Of a DNA stretch of 64,000 nt, positions 28,562 to 38,517 are shown in pieces. Source of the stretch: an uncultured Acidobacteriota bacterium (GTDB taxonomy: Bacteria; Acidobacteriota; Vicinamibacteria; Vicinamibacterales; JAKQTR01). The position numbers and the translations under genes were made by a program. The DNA lies in NCBI GenBank assembly GCA_963813325.1, contig CAWEYM010000003.1:486128-550127 (forward strand). The letters are read 5' to 3'. Within the stretch, counting starts at the first letter, position 1. Each line of letters begins with the position of its first letter. The notes below the pieces were generated by a model, which was given only the letters and a program-made list of their open reading frames with translations, was not told the DNA's origin and made no database searches.

Positions 28562-29875
28562 GTGAAACAACCACTTCAAATCACCCCGCCACAGGGGAAA
28601 CTCGGCATCCTCCTCGTCGGTCTCGGCGCCGTCAGCACGACGTTCATCGCCGGCGTTCAGGCCGTTCGCAAGGGCATCGCGGCTCCTATCGGCTCGCTGA
28701 CGCAGATGGGCACGGTGCGCCTGGGCAAGCGCACGGAGGGCCGCGCGCCCCTCGTCAAGGACTTCGTTCCGCTCGCCGACCTGAACGACATCGTCTTCGG
28801 CGGCTGGGACATCTTCGAGGACAACTGTTACGAGTCCGCGAAGCACGCGGGCGTGCTCGAGGAGAAACTGCTCGACCAGCTCAAGCCCGAACTCCAGGCG
28901 ATCAAGCCCTGGAAGGCGGTGTTCGATCGGCAGTACGTGAAGCGCCTGGACGGCCCCAACGTCAAGAAGGGCAAGAACAAGCGCGACCTGGCCGAGCAAC
29001 TCCGGGAGGACATCCGGGCGTTCCAGCGCGACAACGGCCTCGACCGGATGGTCATGATCTGGTGCGGCAGCACGGAGATCTTCCTGACCGAGACGGCGGC
29101 CCACCAGTCGATCGAGGCCTTCGAGAAAGCGCTCGAGGCGAATGACCCGTCGATCCCCTCGTCGATGCTTTACTCGTACGCCGCGCTCATGGAGGGCGTG
29201 CCCTACGCCAACGGGGCCCCGAACCTGACCGTCGACATCCCGGCGCTGATGGCGCTCGCGCAGCAGCGGGAGATGCCCATCGCCGGCAAGGACTTCAAGA
29301 CGGGCCAGACGCTCATCAAGACCGTCATCGCGCCCGGCCTCAAGGCCCGGCTGCTCGGGGTGAACGGCTGGTACTCCACCAACATCCTGGGCAACCGCGA
29401 CGGCGAGGTGCTGGACGATCCCGAATCGTTCAAGACGAAGGAGGAGAGCAAGAAGTCGGTGCTCGACTACATCCTCCAGCCCGACCTGTACCCGAGCCTC
29501 TACAAGGACCTGTGCCACGTCGTGCGGATCAACTACTACCCGCCGCGCGGCGACAACAAGGAAGGCTGGGACAACATCGACCTGTTCGGGTGGCTCGGCT
29601 ACCCGATGCAGCTGAAGATCAACTTCCTGTGCCGCGACAGCATCCTGGCGGCGCCGATCGTGCTCGACCTCGTGCTGTTCCTCGACCTGGCGCGGCGCGC
29701 CGGCTGGAGCGGCATCCAGGAGTGGCTCTCGTTCTTCTTCAAGAGCCCGATGCACGCGCCGAACCTCTACCCCGAGCACGACCTGTTCATCCAGTCCATG
29801 AAGCTGAAGAACACGTTGCGCTTCTTGAAGGGCGAGGAGTTGATCACGCACCTGGGTGCGGAGTACTACGACTGA
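28562..29875 (+). CDS. ino1: myo-inositol-1-phosphate synthase
   Basis: VGLGAVSTT, FGGWD, ANGAPN, GKDFKTGQT, NILGNRDG, YYPPRGDNKE, CRDSILAAP. GTG 28562 preferred over TTG 28556 because of the -10 box at 28548-28553. Confidence 0.95.
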   Translation: MKQPLQITPPQGKLGILLVGLGAVSTTFIAGVQAVRKGIAAPIGSLTQMGTVRLGKRTEGRAPLVKDFVPLADLNDIVFGGWDIFEDNCYESAKHAGVLEEKLLDQLKPELQAIKPWKAVFDRQYVKRLDGPNVKKGKNKRDLAEQLREDIRAFQRDNGLDRMVMIWCGSTEIFLTETAAHQSIEAFEKALEANDPSIPSSMLYSYAALMEGVPYANGAPNLTVDIPALMALAQQREMPIAGKDFKTGQTLIKTVIAPGLKARLLGVNGWYSTNILGNRDGEVLDDPESFKTKEESKKSVLDYILQPDLYPSLYKDLCHVVRINYYPPRGDNKEGWDNIDLFGWLGYPMQLKINFLCRDSILAAPIVLDLVLFLDLARRAGWSGIQEWLSFFFKSPMHAPNLYPEHDLFIQSMKLKNTLRFLKGEELITHLGAEYYD

Positions 29876-29973
29876 ACCCGGGTCTGACCGGTGATGGTGT
29901 ACGGCCCCGGGCACGCGGGCTGAAGCCCGCGCGCTGCATTTCCCGGCGCGTCCTCGACTCGATTGAGCGCCGG
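29876..29973 (+). repeat. Dispersed ~100-bp structured repeat, copy A
   Basis: Begins immediately after the ino1 stop; core gccccgggcacgcgggctgaagcccgcgcg is identical to the copy at 44386-44483. Confidence 0.85.
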
Positions 29974-30061
29974 GCCTAGCGACGATCGCCGGCGGGAGGG
30001 GGAGCGGGCGCCGCGTGCCGCCCCCCGACCCGTCGTCCGGATGACCCCGGAGCATGGCCGC

Positions 30062-30580
30062 ATGAAAGCCAACGAGATGCTCGTGCCGGCGCTGTGGGGC
30101 GGAGCCACGATGGGCGTGCTCTCCGCGCTGCCCATCGTCAGCCTCGGGAACTGCTGCTGCCTGTGGGTGATCGGCGGCGGGGTCGTGGCCGCTTACGTGC
30201 TGCAGGCCAACGCGCCGCCCGGCGTGGCGATCACGGCGGGGGACGGGGCCCTGACCGGCCTGCTGGCCGGCATCAGCGGCGCGGTCGTCTACGCGGTCAT
30301 CTCGCTGCCGCTCAACCTGGTGCTCGGCCCGATCCAGCAGCGCTTCGTCCAGCGGATCATCGAGTCCACCCAGGACGTGCCCGACGAGATGCGCAGCATG
30401 CTGACGACCATGGGCGGGACCACCGGGACCATCGTCCAGACGGTGCTCAGCTTCCTCTTCATGCTCGTGGTCGGCGCGATCTTCTCCACGCTGGGCGGGT
30501 TGCTCGGCGCGGTGATGTTCAAGCGGAAGACGCCGGCCGCGCCCGACACGCCGGTCACGCCCGACGGCCAGGCGTTCTGA
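30062..30580 (+). CDS. Multi-TM membrane protein (DUF4199/DUF5518-like)
   Basis: Four hydrophobic segments, NCCCLW motif, GALTGLLAG; RBS GGAG. Confidence 0.75.
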   Translation: MKANEMLVPALWGGATMGVLSALPIVSLGNCCCLWVIGGGVVAAYVLQANAPPGVAITAGDGALTGLLAGISGAVVYAVISLPLNLVLGPIQQRFVQRIIESTQDVPDEMRSMLTTMGGTTGTIVQTVLSFLFMLVVGAIFSTLGGLLGAVMFKRKTPAAPDTPVTPDGQAF

Positions 30581-30866
30581 CCGCCGGGTCCGCGCCGGGG
30601 ATCAACCTGATCGCCCTGCCGCTGCTGGCAATGATCGTCGGCATCGTGTACCTCTTCCGGTCCCGGCGATAGCCGGGCCGCCTCCCCCGCGCCAGGTGCG
30701 CAGTTCTGCACGTCCGCGCGCGCAACGCTAAGGTCAACAAAGGGATCCACCGAAAATGCTGACAGACGGGCAGCACCGGTACGCCGTGTCGACCTGTCTT
30801 CGAGCGGTCTTCGAATTCTCCCGGGTGTCGGCGGACCCGGCGCGGCCAGGACGGCAAGGAACGGAC

Positions 30867-32492
30867 ATGGGCACGACGGCGGGCAACGGGCTGGGACGAG
30901 TGGTGCTGGTGGCGCTCGCCCTGCTGGCGTCGGGCGCACCGCTTGCGGCGCAATCGCAGGCCCAGCGCGTGGTGGTGCCGGCCGCGGGCCAGACGCCGCC
31001 GACTGCGAGTCCGGGTACCCGCCAGAAGACGCCCCAGCTCCCGCCGCTCGCGGTGAGCCGGCTCGAGGAGGGCCGGCGGACGAGCGAGACGGAACAGGCG
31101 CTGTCGCTGAGCTTCTCGGAACCGGTTGCCGTGCGCGAACTGCTGCTGCTGCTGGTGCGCGACACGAACCTCAGCGTGGTGCCGGATCCCGACGTGAGCG
31201 GAACGTTCACCGGCGAGCTCAAGAACGTCACGATGCGCCAGGCGCTGGAGCTGATCCTCCAGCCGCTCGGCCTCGAGTTCAGCCTGCAGGGCAACATCCT
31301 GCGCGTGTATCGCCAGAAGATCCAGACCCGGATCTACAACATCAACTACGTCGCGACCCGGCGGTCCGGCAGCCGGGGCTTGAGCGCCAGCAGCGGCGTG
31401 GCGGGCGGAGACGCGGGCACCGGCGCTCTCGTCGGGGGCGTCGTCGGGGCCGGGGGCGCCGGCTGGGTCGGGCCGGGGACGCCCGGCGGAGGGTTCGGTC
31501 CGGCAGCCTTCGGCGGCAGCTCGTCCTCGGTGTCCGCGACCGACAGCGGCGACATGTTCGAGGAGATGCAGGCGGGCATGCAGACGCTGCTGTCGCCCGC
31601 TGGCAGGTTCAACCTCGACCGCAAGGCGGGCCTGCTGCAGGCCACCGACTACCCGGACCGGCTGGAGAAGGTCGCGCGCTACCTGGAAGCCGTCGAGACG
31701 CGCGTGCAACGGCAGGTCCAGATCCAGGCCAAGGTCGTCGAAGTGGAATTGAGCGACGAGTTCTCGGCCGGCCTCAACTGGGAAGCGGTCTTCCGGAGCG
31801 CGGGCGACGCGGTGAGAGTGACCCAGACCCTGGCCCCGACCACCAACTCCGGCGCGTTCACGATCGGCGTCCGCATCCGCGACTTCAAGGGCCTGGTCGA
31901 CGCGTTCGCCAGCCAGGGGAAGGTGAATGTCCTGTCGAGCCCGCGCGTGATCGCGATGAACAACGAGCCCGCCGTCATGCGGGTGGGGATCCAGGACGTG
32001 TTCTTCGTGACCACGTCCCAGGTCGACGCGCTGACCGGCCAGATCCTCCAGACCGTCGTCACCCCGCAGCAGATCACCGAGGGGGTGGTCCTCAGTGTGA
32101 CGCCCCAGATCAGCGCGGAGGGCATCATCCACCTGAGCATCACCCCGAGCATTACCGACCGGGTCGGCCAGGCGACCTCGCGGCTGGGGGACACGGTGCC
32201 CATCATCGCGGTCCGGGAGACGGACACCCTGGTGCGGGTGCACGAGGGCGAGACGGTCGTCATCGCGGGCCTGATGCAGGACAAGGTTTCGACCGACAAG
32301 ACGAAGGTGCCGCTGCTCGGAGACCTGCCGCTCGTGGGCGGACTGTTCCAGAAGACCCAGAAGTCGACGCGCAAGACGGATCTCGTGATCATGCTGACCC
32401 CGACGGTGATGACGCCGGGCGAGATCGCGCTGGATGCGACCCGGGACCAGCAGCGGGTCCACGAGGAAACCAAGGCGCCGATCCGCAAGTAG
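30867..32492 (+). CDS. Secretin, MshL/PilQ-like (STN + Gly/Ser-rich N2 + secretin)
   Basis: G.FTGELKNVT..QAL, TRIYNINY, QVQIQAKVVEV, VLSSPRV..NN.PA, GETVVIAGL, KVPLLGDLPLVGGLF, LVIMLTP. Confidence 0.92.
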   Translation: MGTTAGNGLGRVVLVALALLASGAPLAAQSQAQRVVVPAAGQTPPTASPGTRQKTPQLPPLAVSRLEEGRRTSETEQALSLSFSEPVAVRELLLLLVRDTNLSVVPDPDVSGTFTGELKNVTMRQALELILQPLGLEFSLQGNILRVYRQKIQTRIYNINYVATRRSGSRGLSASSGVAGGDAGTGALVGGVVGAGGAGWVGPGTPGGGFGPAAFGGSSSSVSATDSGDMFEEMQAGMQTLLSPAGRFNLDRKAGLLQATDYPDRLEKVARYLEAVETRVQRQVQIQAKVVEVELSDEFSAGLNWEAVFRSAGDAVRVTQTLAPTTNSGAFTIGVRIRDFKGLVDAFASQGKVNVLSSPRVIAMNNEPAVMRVGIQDVFFVTTSQVDALTGQILQTVVTPQQITEGVVLSVTPQISAEGIIHLSITPSITDRVGQATSRLGDTVPIIAVRETDTLVRVHEGETVVIAGLMQDKVSTDKTKVPLLGDLPLVGGLFQKTQKSTRKTDLVIMLTPTVMTPGEIALDATRDQQRVHEETKAPIRK

Positions 32493-32527
32493 GGCCGATC
32501 GCCGCCGTCACCCGCGGGGGCGGACCG

Positions 32528-33472
32528 ATGTACGAGGAATTCTTCGGCTTCGTGGAGAAGCCATTCAGCCTGACGCCGGACCCGAAGTACCTGTACAAGA
32601 GCGAATCGCACGCTAACGCGTTCGAGCTGCTCCAGTACGCGATTCGGCGCCGGGAAGGCTTCGTCGTGGTGACCGGTGACATCGGCACCGGCAAGACGAC
32701 GCTGTGCCGCGCGCTGCTCGAGCAAATCGACCGGCGCACGTTCACCGCCCTCGTGCTCAATCCGTTCCTGTCCGAAGACGACCTGCTCAAGCTGATCCTC
32801 CAGGACTTCGGCGTCGTCTCCCGCGAGGACGTCAAGCAGGGCCGGCTGAGCGGGGTCAGCAAGCAGGAGCTCATCGACACGCTGTACGACTTCCTGCTCG
32901 GGCTGCTGCCGATCCACGCCAGCGCCGTGCTGATCATCGACGAAGCGCAGAACCTGCCGCTCCAGGTGCTCGAGCAGCTCCGGATCCTCTCGAACCTCGA
33001 GACGGACAAGGAGAAGCTGCTGCAGATCATCCTGGTCGGCCAGTTGAACCTCCAGCCCCTGCTGCGATCGCCAGAGCTGCGCCAGCTCGACCAGCGCGTC
33101 TCCATCCGCTACGAGCTCAAGCCGCTCACGCGGGAGGAGGCGGCGGCCTACGTGGCGCACCGCCTGCTCGTGGCCGGCGGGTCCTCCGCCGTCGGCTTCA
33201 CCCCGAAGGCGCTCCAGCACGTGCACCAGCTGTCCGGGGGCATCCCGCGCCTCATCAACCTGATCTGCGACCGCAGCCTGCTCGGGGCATACTCGGCCCG
33301 CGTGAACCAGGTGACGCACGAGATGGTACGCCGCGCTGCCGACTCGCTCGACCTGCAGTACGCCGAGCGGCCACGGTTCAGGTGGCTGCGCCGTCGCGCG
33401 GCGCTCGCGGCCGGCGCCACGACGCTGTCGAGGAACGCCTCCGCGCCGGCGGGTTCGTCCAGCTACAGGTGA
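32528..33472 (+). CDS. ExeA/GspA/MshM-family AAA ATPase
   Basis: MYEEFFGF.EKPFSLTPDP, GDIGTGKTT, IIDEAQNL, LVGQ, SGGIPRLIN.ICDR. Confidence 0.93.
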   Translation: MYEEFFGFVEKPFSLTPDPKYLYKSESHANAFELLQYAIRRREGFVVVTGDIGTGKTTLCRALLEQIDRRTFTALVLNPFLSEDDLLKLILQDFGVVSREDVKQGRLSGVSKQELIDTLYDFLLGLLPIHASAVLIIDEAQNLPLQVLEQLRILSNLETDKEKLLQIILVGQLNLQPLLRSPELRQLDQRVSIRYELKPLTREEAAAYVAHRLLVAGGSSAVGFTPKALQHVHQLSGGIPRLINLICDRSLLGAYSARVNQVTHEMVRRAADSLDLQYAERPRFRWLRRRAALAAGATTLSRNASAPAGSSSYR

Positions 33473-33476
33473 CGCC

Positions 33477-34754
33477 GTGAGCCGGATGCTCGACGCGCTG
33501 CGGAGCCACAACGGGATCGCCGTGGGCCCGGAGCCAGCCCCGCGCCGGGGCACCTCGGACGACGCCGTCCTGGCTTCTCTCGGGTATTCGACGGCAGAAG
33601 AGAGCGGGCCGGGCACGGGCGGGCAGATCCTGCGAATCGCAATCGGGACGATCGCGGTGGGGGCCATCGGCCTGCTGGGCTGGCAGGGAGCGGCGAGTGC
33701 CGGTTACCTGCCCGGCCCGCCGTGGCGGACTTCGAAGCCCGCGCCGACGGCAGCCCCGGCGGTCGCCGGACAGGCGACGCCTCCCTCAGCCGCACCTTCC
33801 CGCGTGGCGCAACTCCCGGCGCCCACGCCGGCGCCCGGTCAGCCGCTCGTGCAGACTCCGGCGCGCTCGGCTGGACCGGCGATGCCGGCGGCGCCACCCG
33901 TGGCCCCGAAGCCTGCGCCGGTACCTCCAGCGGCCAGGGCGCGGGCTCCTGACGCGGTGCCGCCGGCGGCTGCCACGTCCAGGAGCACAGCGCCGGTCGC
34001 GGCCCCGGCAGGGGACCAGACTTCCAGGAAGCCCGTGGCCCCGCCGCTCGGGCGCGCCGCGTCGGTCGGCGCAGCGGCGCCGAACGTGGCGAAGCCCGCC
34101 GGGCGCGGCGCCGACGCGCCTCCCGCCGTCGCGGCGGAACAGGCAATCCCACCCATCTCCCGCACGCCGGTGGGCGAGGCCGATCACTTCAAGCTGGCGC
34201 TCTACTACCAGCGCAACGGCGATTTCGAGAACGCGCTCGTGCAGTACCGGGTGGTGCTCGAGGCGGACGAGCTCAACCCCGAGGCGCACAACAACATCGG
34301 GCTGCTCTACCAGGACAAGGGCCTCTACGAGGAAGCGATCCGGGAGTACCGGCGCGCCACGTCCATCGACTCGTCGTACTACACGGCGCACAACAATCTC
34401 GGCGTGGCGCTGCTGCGGTCCGGCAAGGTGGATGCGGCGATGTCGGAGTTCAGGTGGATCACGGCGCAGGATCCGGAGAACGTCGAGGCGCTCACGAACC
34501 TCGCGCTCGCGCAGAAGGCGGCGGGCCGCGGCGAAGAGGCGCGCGAGACCCTGCAGCGCGCGCTGTCGATCGACGGCCGGTCTGCCGCGGCGCACTACAA
34601 CCTCGCGCGCATCGTCGAGGAGAACGGCGAACTCACGCGCGCGATCGAACACTACGAGCAGTTCCTCGCGCTGGCCGGCGCCGAGCACGCGACGCTCACC
34701 GCCGAAGTGCGCGAGCGCGTCCAGGCGCTCCGCGCGAAGATCGCCCGGCAGTAG
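33477..34754 (+). CDS. MshN/ExeB-like membrane-anchored TPR protein
   Basis: MSRMLDAL start, TM segment, long Pro/Ala linker, multiple TPRs (AHNNIG, AHNNLG, ALTNLA, AHYNLA). Confidence 0.8.
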   Translation: MSRMLDALRSHNGIAVGPEPAPRRGTSDDAVLASLGYSTAEESGPGTGGQILRIAIGTIAVGAIGLLGWQGAASAGYLPGPPWRTSKPAPTAAPAVAGQATPPSAAPSRVAQLPAPTPAPGQPLVQTPARSAGPAMPAAPPVAPKPAPVPPAARARAPDAVPPAAATSRSTAPVAAPAGDQTSRKPVAPPLGRAASVGAAAPNVAKPAGRGADAPPAVAAEQAIPPISRTPVGEADHFKLALYYQRNGDFENALVQYRVVLEADELNPEAHNNIGLLYQDKGLYEEAIREYRRATSIDSSYYTAHNNLGVALLRSGKVDAAMSEFRWITAQDPENVEALTNLALAQKAAGRGEEARETLQRALSIDGRSAAAHYNLARIVEENGELTRAIEHYEQFLALAGAEHATLTAEVRERVQALRAKIARQ

Positions 34755-35082
34755 TCGGGCGGCACCCGTCCGCAGGCCCTCCTCGACGGCACCGGTCAAC
34801 GTCTCAATCGAGCTACAATCCACGTCGATCCGCACACGGCGCACCCTCGCTAATTGTTGAATGCCCGCAAGCCCCGTGTGCTTGAATCCTGCAATGCACT
34901 GTCAGGAAAGCGTTTGCCTGGATTGGCGGCGCCCATGCGACAGCTCCGTCCGGCCCGGCCGGAGCGCTCCAGGGACGGATCCGCCACCATCCCGGTAGGA
35001 CCTGCCACGCCCGACGGCCTGGCGGGAGCCTGTGCCATCTCGGGAATACGCAGGAATTTCGCCCTCGTCCGGAACCCGGGGT

Positions 35083-35098
35083 GGGTACGCAGGTTGCT
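35083..35098 (+). promoter_or_regulatory. sigma54 promoter upstream of the pilin gene
   Basis: GGGTACGCAGGTTGCT, GG-N10-GC. Confidence 0.65.
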
Positions 35099-35291
35099 CG
35101 GGTACGACAGACACTCCAACGGTCAGGAGCGTCGTCGACCCCTCACGGGTCAGGTGGCGGGTCGAATGTCATCACCCCAGGACGCCACCCGGCAGGGTCC
35201 GGCGATGCGAGGGCCGGGGTTGCCAGACACTCGCCCTTCATCTCGCGTTCCGGACCCGCGGCGCACACGGCGTCGGCCTGACGACCACAAC

Positions 35292-35930
35292 ATGCACGTC
35301 GCCACCTGTGACCGACGGACGGCGAGTGGGTTCACCCTCATCGAGGTGACAGTGGTCCTGGCCGTGATCGTCACGCTCGCGCTGATCCTCACCCCCTCCG
35401 TCGCCAACTTCATCGACGACTCCCGGGTGGTCCGCGCGCGCAGCGACTGTCAAACCATCGCCGGCGCGATCGTGCAGTTCTACAAGGACACCGGCTTCTT
35501 CCCGCAGTGGGCAGTCACGGAGGCCGGCGGGCCCGGCGTGCCCCGGAATGCCGTTGCGCTGCTCGTGAGCCCGGGCAACCCGCCGCGTGAGGAGGTCCCG
35601 TCCGAGTGGACGAACGGGCCGGCGACGCTGCTGTCAGGCCAGTTGATGACCGACGAACCCGGGTACGCGCTGCGCACGCCGACGTCCCAGTTCGGCTGGA
35701 ACGGCCCGTACCTGTCCTCCGAGATTGGCGCCGACCCCTGGAGCAACCGGTACGTGGTGAACGTGGGCATGATCGAGGCCCCGCAAGGCGTCCAGCGCCG
35801 GACCGGAGAGGCCAAGAGCGCGGTCTGGGTCCTCTCGGCGGGCCCGAATGGCGTCATCGAGACCCCGTTCAACCAGAGCGTGCTCGTGGCGGGGCTCGGC
35901 GGCGACGACATCGGGATCCGCATCCAGTAA
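35292..35930 (+). CDS. Type IV pilin / GspG-like pseudopilin
   Basis: Class III signal G|FTLIE followed by a hydrophobic helix; GWNGPYL, DPWSNRY, SAGPNG, GDDI. Confidence 0.88.
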   Translation: MHVATCDRRTASGFTLIEVTVVLAVIVTLALILTPSVANFIDDSRVVRARSDCQTIAGAIVQFYKDTGFFPQWAVTEAGGPGVPRNAVALLVSPGNPPREEVPSEWTNGPATLLSGQLMTDEPGYALRTPTSQFGWNGPYLSSEIGADPWSNRYVVNVGMIEAPQGVQRRTGEAKSAVWVLSAGPNGVIETPFNQSVLVAGLGGDDIGIRIQ

Positions 35931-36126
35931 GGCGGCCCGCCGGGCCGACCCGGCCCGCCCGGGCAGCAGCCCACAGGGCCTTTCGCCCCACTTCGAGTGA
36001 TTGCCGCCATGGAGAGCCCGGTGCGGGGTGCCGCCTCGCCGCCGGGACACGCCGCCGCCCCGCTGCCCAGCCGACGCGAAAAAGCCTATGGATGGCAGCG
36101 CTTAGCGCCGACAAGGGTACTGGACC

Positions 36127-37759
36127 ATGGCGAACCGAACTGGCGTCGAACTGCTTCCGTCCCACTGCCGGATCATCAAGATCCAGGGCGCCGCTGGCAG
36201 GTCGTGGTCCCGGCCCGGGGCGAAAGCTGGCGCGACGCAAGTGCGCGCCTACTGCACGATCCCTTTTCCGTCCGGCAGTCCTGACATGCTGGCTGCCGAA
36301 GTGCGGCAGCTTCTCTCGCGCAGGACCTTCTCGCGCCGGGCGGTCGTCGCGATCTGGGGCTTGCGCGGCTCGCATCAGGTGCTCCAGCTTCCCCCGGCCG
36401 ATCCGGCCGACCTCGAGAGCCTTGCGCGCCGCGAGACCCGTGGAGCGGGCACGCCCGCGTCGCGATCTGACAGCGACAGGTCGGACGGCATCCTCGTGAG
36501 CGCCACGCGTGACGCAATCGGGGGAGGCGGACGACGCGACGTCTCCTACGTGGCCGTGTCAGCCGAGGACGTCCGCGCGCGGATCAGGCCGCTGGACGAG
36601 GCGGGCTTCACGATCGAGGGAGTCGTCACCCCGGCCGTGGCTCATGCCGCCATGGTGCGGATGCGTCCGGCGGCGTCGCCCGACGCCGTGGTCGCCGTGC
36701 TCGAGGTCAACGCGCAGGTGTCCGGCCTGACCGTCGTCCGCGACGGCCTGGTGCTGTTCGCGAGGGAGATGCCCTGGGGCTACGAGGGCGAGCGCGCCGC
36801 AAACGCGGGCCAGGCGTTGGACGCGCACGTGTTCGCCGCCAGGCTCGCCGCCGAGTTGCGGCGCTCGTTCCTCTACGTGAAGCAGAACCAGCGCGTCGAT
36901 CCGGGCGAAGTACTCGTCTGCGGCGACATGCCCGACCTGCGCACGCTGACCGGGCCGTTGATGCAGGAGCTCAGCATCGATGTCGAGACGCTCGACTCGA
37001 TGGACGGGTTCGACGTCAACCACCTGCCTGCGCCGGCCGATGAGTTCCGCCGACGCGTGGCCGAGTACCCGAACCGCGTGCGCCGTCGCGAGCGACGCGG
37101 CGCCGCAGGTGAACCTGCTGCCGCGGGCGACCAGCATCGCGGCCGACACGCACCGGTTGCAGTCCAGGATCGCATCGGCGGTCCTCGCGGCGATGCTGCT
37201 CGTCGCCGCGGGATGGGGCCTGACGTGGTGGCTCGGCGGCCGCGCCCGGAGCGAGGGCGAGGCCGCGAGACGCCGGATCGCCGTGCTCGAACCGGAAGTG
37301 CGGCGCCTGGACCAGGTCCGCTTCGCGGCGGCGCTGGCCGTGGCCAGGGGAGCGGCGCTCGAAGCCTGGACGACCCAGGGGCCCCGGCTCGCGCGGATCC
37401 TCGAGGTGTTCGGCCAGAGCGCACCGGGAGAGGTGGCCATCACATCGCTCCGGCTCGAACCAGACGGCGCATCGTGGAAGCTGAGAGTCGACGGCCGGGC
37501 GCTGGCCGCCAGCCCGGTGCTCGCCCAGTCGGCCTTCAACCAGTTGCTCTACGGGGCGTCGGCGTCCGCGCTGCTCGGGCCGCCGGTCCGCCCCCCGCTG
37601 CTCAGGGTGCGCGCCGGCGAGACGCCTGAGCCCGCGCTCCAGCCGATGGCATCCGGCACCGTTGCCGGCGTGACGGGTCGGGCGGCCGCCCCGCCGGCGG
37701 CGCCGAAGGCGGGCGTGAGCACGCTGGACTTCTCGATCGAGTTCGAGGTGCGGAAGTGA
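36127..37759 (+). pseudogene. PilM/PilN (MshI-like) fusion interrupted by a +1 frameshift (true pseudogene or sequencing error)
   Basis: Actin-like PilM part (GVEL, VVRDGLVLFAREM, ELRRSFLY, VLVCGD). Removing one C at 37068-37070 joins it to the frame with VNLLP, a TM segment and a PilN domain ending at 37759. Confidence 0.75.
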
Positions 37760-38496
37760 GCGCGGATCGACGAACGCTGCGTTCGGCGCTTGATCGTCTC
37801 GGGCCTCTGGCCGTCGGCATCGTCGTCGCGGCAGTCGGGTTCACGTGGTTCGTCCGGCCCGGGTTGTCCGCCTGCCTCCGGGCTCGGGCGGATGTGGTGT
37901 CCGTCACCGCGCGTGTGCGCGCGCTGGAGAACATGCTGGCGAGGGCCGGCGCGCAGGCGCCCGTTGACGACCGCCAGCTGATGACGGAGTTCGACAAGGC
38001 GGTGCCGTCCGAGGACCGCGTGCCGGACGTGATCGAGTTGCTGGCCCGGAACGCGCTCGACAGCGCTCCCGGGACCCGCATCCAGGGGTTGCTCATCGAG
38101 GCGGGGGAGCGTGTGGTCGCCGGCCAGGCCGCATCCCCCAATGCGCCCTTCGTGGCCGTCAGCGCGTCGGATCAGCCCGACCCGCGCGTCGGCCTCTTCG
38201 CGCCGAGCATCGAGTACACGCCGGTCTCCGTCAGCTTCGAGTCGACGTTCGACGCGATCGGCGCCTTCCTGTGGCGCCTGCGCGACCTGCCGGCCACCGT
38301 CGAGATTCGGTCCATGCAGTTGACACGGGGGCTGCCGCTGATGCGGATCGAGGTCCGCGGGTACGTGTACCGCCGAGGCCGGTCGCTGGCCCCGGCCACG
38401 CCAGCCGGATCCGGGGGAGGCGGCCAGCCGCCGCCGCGCGTGGCGATGATCGCCGGGGACCTGACCACCGAGACGCCCGGCGGGACGGGCCGCTGA
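37756..38496 (+). CDS. PilO/MshJ-like assembly protein
   Basis: N-terminal TM, coiled coil, PVSVSFESTFDAIGAFLWRL..LP..VEIRSMQL; overlaps the PilN stop (GTGA). Confidence 0.78.
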   Translation: MSADRRTLRSALDRLGPLAVGIVVAAVGFTWFVRPGLSACLRARADVVSVTARVRALENMLARAGAQAPVDDRQLMTEFDKAVPSEDRVPDVIELLARNALDSAPGTRIQGLLIEAGERVVAGQAASPNAPFVAVSASDQPDPRVGLFAPSIEYTPVSVSFESTFDAIGAFLWRLRDLPATVEIRSMQLTRGLPLMRIEVRGYVYRRGRSLAPATPAGSGGGGQPPPRVAMIAGDLTTETPGGTGR

Positions 38497-38517
38497 CGTG
38501 CGGAGCTGGCCGGAGCC

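Noticed and set aside
35160-35230. c-di-GMP-I (GEMM) riboswitch upstream of the pilin
   Set aside because: Only a GCCGGGGTTGCC 3'-like fragment matches. The GGCAAA..GAAA..GACGCAAA core is absent, so it is reported only as an unknown structured leader.
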